From positions 1 through 28,221 of the IMG/VR virus record IMGVR_UViG_3300007539_000147: 28,221 bases of DNA; one strand, 5' to 3'. Origin of the DNA: a virus. Lineage: Duplodnaviria; Caudoviricetes. A program made the translations under genes and the position numbers. Below are positions 27,644-28,221 of the stretch, piece by piece (the stretch's first letter is position 1; every line of letters starts with the position of its first letter). The notes below the pieces were generated by a model. It made no database searches, had not been told where the DNA came from, and saw nothing but the letters and a program-made list of their open reading frames with translations.

Positions 27644-28221
27644 TTAACTATTCATACCCATATTTGGATACCTATTCAAATTTGCGTATCTAGCTAATTC
27701 TCTTTCATTGTTCATATCGGGAGCTGTAGTTAAATTAGTCTCAATTAATGTAGCTTTTAAATTCTGCATAAATAAAGAATCACCTATTAATCCTCTCCAA
27801 TTGAAATCACCCATGTTTATTCCATTTAATTCAATTGGTATTTTTGTAGGCAACCCTGTAAACTCTACCTTAATATTTTTTTCTGGCATATTTGTTGTAT
27901 TATTAACTAATGAACCTAAATTTGCTCCTCTAGCTCCAGCGGTTAAATCAACACCACTCACAGTGTCATTTACTGAAGGTATTATAAACCCATCGTTAGT
28001 TAAAACAGCTTTAGTTTTTCCTTCTGGTACTGTAAAATCATTTGCATTTGTACCATTAACATTTAATGTATTAACATCAAAGTAACCTTCTTGTAATTGA
28101 AAACTGCCCTCACTCATTTCTGTAAAATTATTTAATGCATCTGTAAGTCCACCAAAAAGAGTACCTGTTAAAGCTTGTGCAACATTACCTACATCAGCTG
28201 TACCTTCAGTAATATTTTCGA
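27644..28221 (-). CDS. C-terminal part of a gene truncated by the right edge, possibly the tape measure protein
   Basis: The frame of the 157-aa ORF stays open to the window edge (ENITEGTADVGNVAQALTGTLFGGLTDALNNFTE-MSEG...), so 28117 is probably an internal Met. The position upstream of tube-initiator, gp53 and hub genes and the content (FIIPSVNDTV, IKVEF, IPIELNG) are compatible with a tape-measure C-terminus. Confidence 0.45.
   Translation of the reverse strand, partial: ENITEGTADVGNVAQALTGTLFGGLTDALNNFTEMSEGSFQLQEGYFDVNTLNVNGTNANDFTVPEGKTKAVLTNDGFIIPSVNDTVSGVDLTAGARGANLGSLVNNTTNMPEKNIKVEFTGLPTKIPIELNGINMGDFNWRGLIGDSLFMQNLKATLIETNLTTAPDMNNERELARYANLNRYPNMGMNS

Noticed and set aside
1067-28085. 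Many short plus-strand ORFs (60-128 aa) and nested minus-strand ORFs at 14038-14223 and 15961-16155
   Set aside because: All lie within long, motif-supported genes and show no motifs of their own; they look like antisense or off-frame shadows.
28115-28117. ATG at 28117 as the true start of a 157-aa gene
   Set aside because: The frame stays open to the window edge with protein-like sequence, so it is probably an internal Met.
1-28221. Stop-codon reassignment, as seen in some large phages
   Set aside because: Genes are full length in the standard code, and TAG terminates genes at sensible ends (6128, 12238, 14669).
1-28221. tRNA, CRISPR array or structured ncRNA
   Set aside because: Intergenic gaps are about 100 nt or less, and no cloverleaf or repeat-spacer pattern was seen. 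The only clear hairpin is the terminator at 14615-14642.

Overview
AT-rich, densely coding fragment of a large tailed dsDNA phage (myovirus/jumbo-phage-like). Every credible gene is on the minus strand and reads in the standard genetic code. In transcription order (right to left): a truncated possible tape-measure C-terminus; a 1685-aa tail-tube-initiator-like protein containing an OmpA-like domain; a gp53/LysM-like wedge protein; a 2132-aa baseplate-hub-like protein with a C-terminal T7-lysozyme-type amidase; and two small acidic proteins. A terminator overlapping a near-consensus sigma70 promoter follows, then a replication/nucleotide module (gp32-like SSB, RecA/UvsX-like recombinase, SlyD-like PPIase, 5'-3' exonuclease, unknown, DnaB-like helicase, class Id-like nrdB-nrdA, Cys-rich DUF5522-like protein, stand-alone Smr-like protein). 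The window ends with a second baseplate block (gp25-like, gp6/J-like, a 1166-aa protein with membrane-like segments, and a truncated gene). The most interesting signals are an apparent envelope-penetration baseplate (peptidoglycan-binding, peptidoglycan-cutting and hydrophobic modules built into giant structural proteins), an RNR beta subunit with class Id-like ligands but without the class Id Lys, a degenerate Smr protein, and a recurrent TATTTA(T/A) upstream motif. All assignments come from motif recognition by eye; no searches were run.
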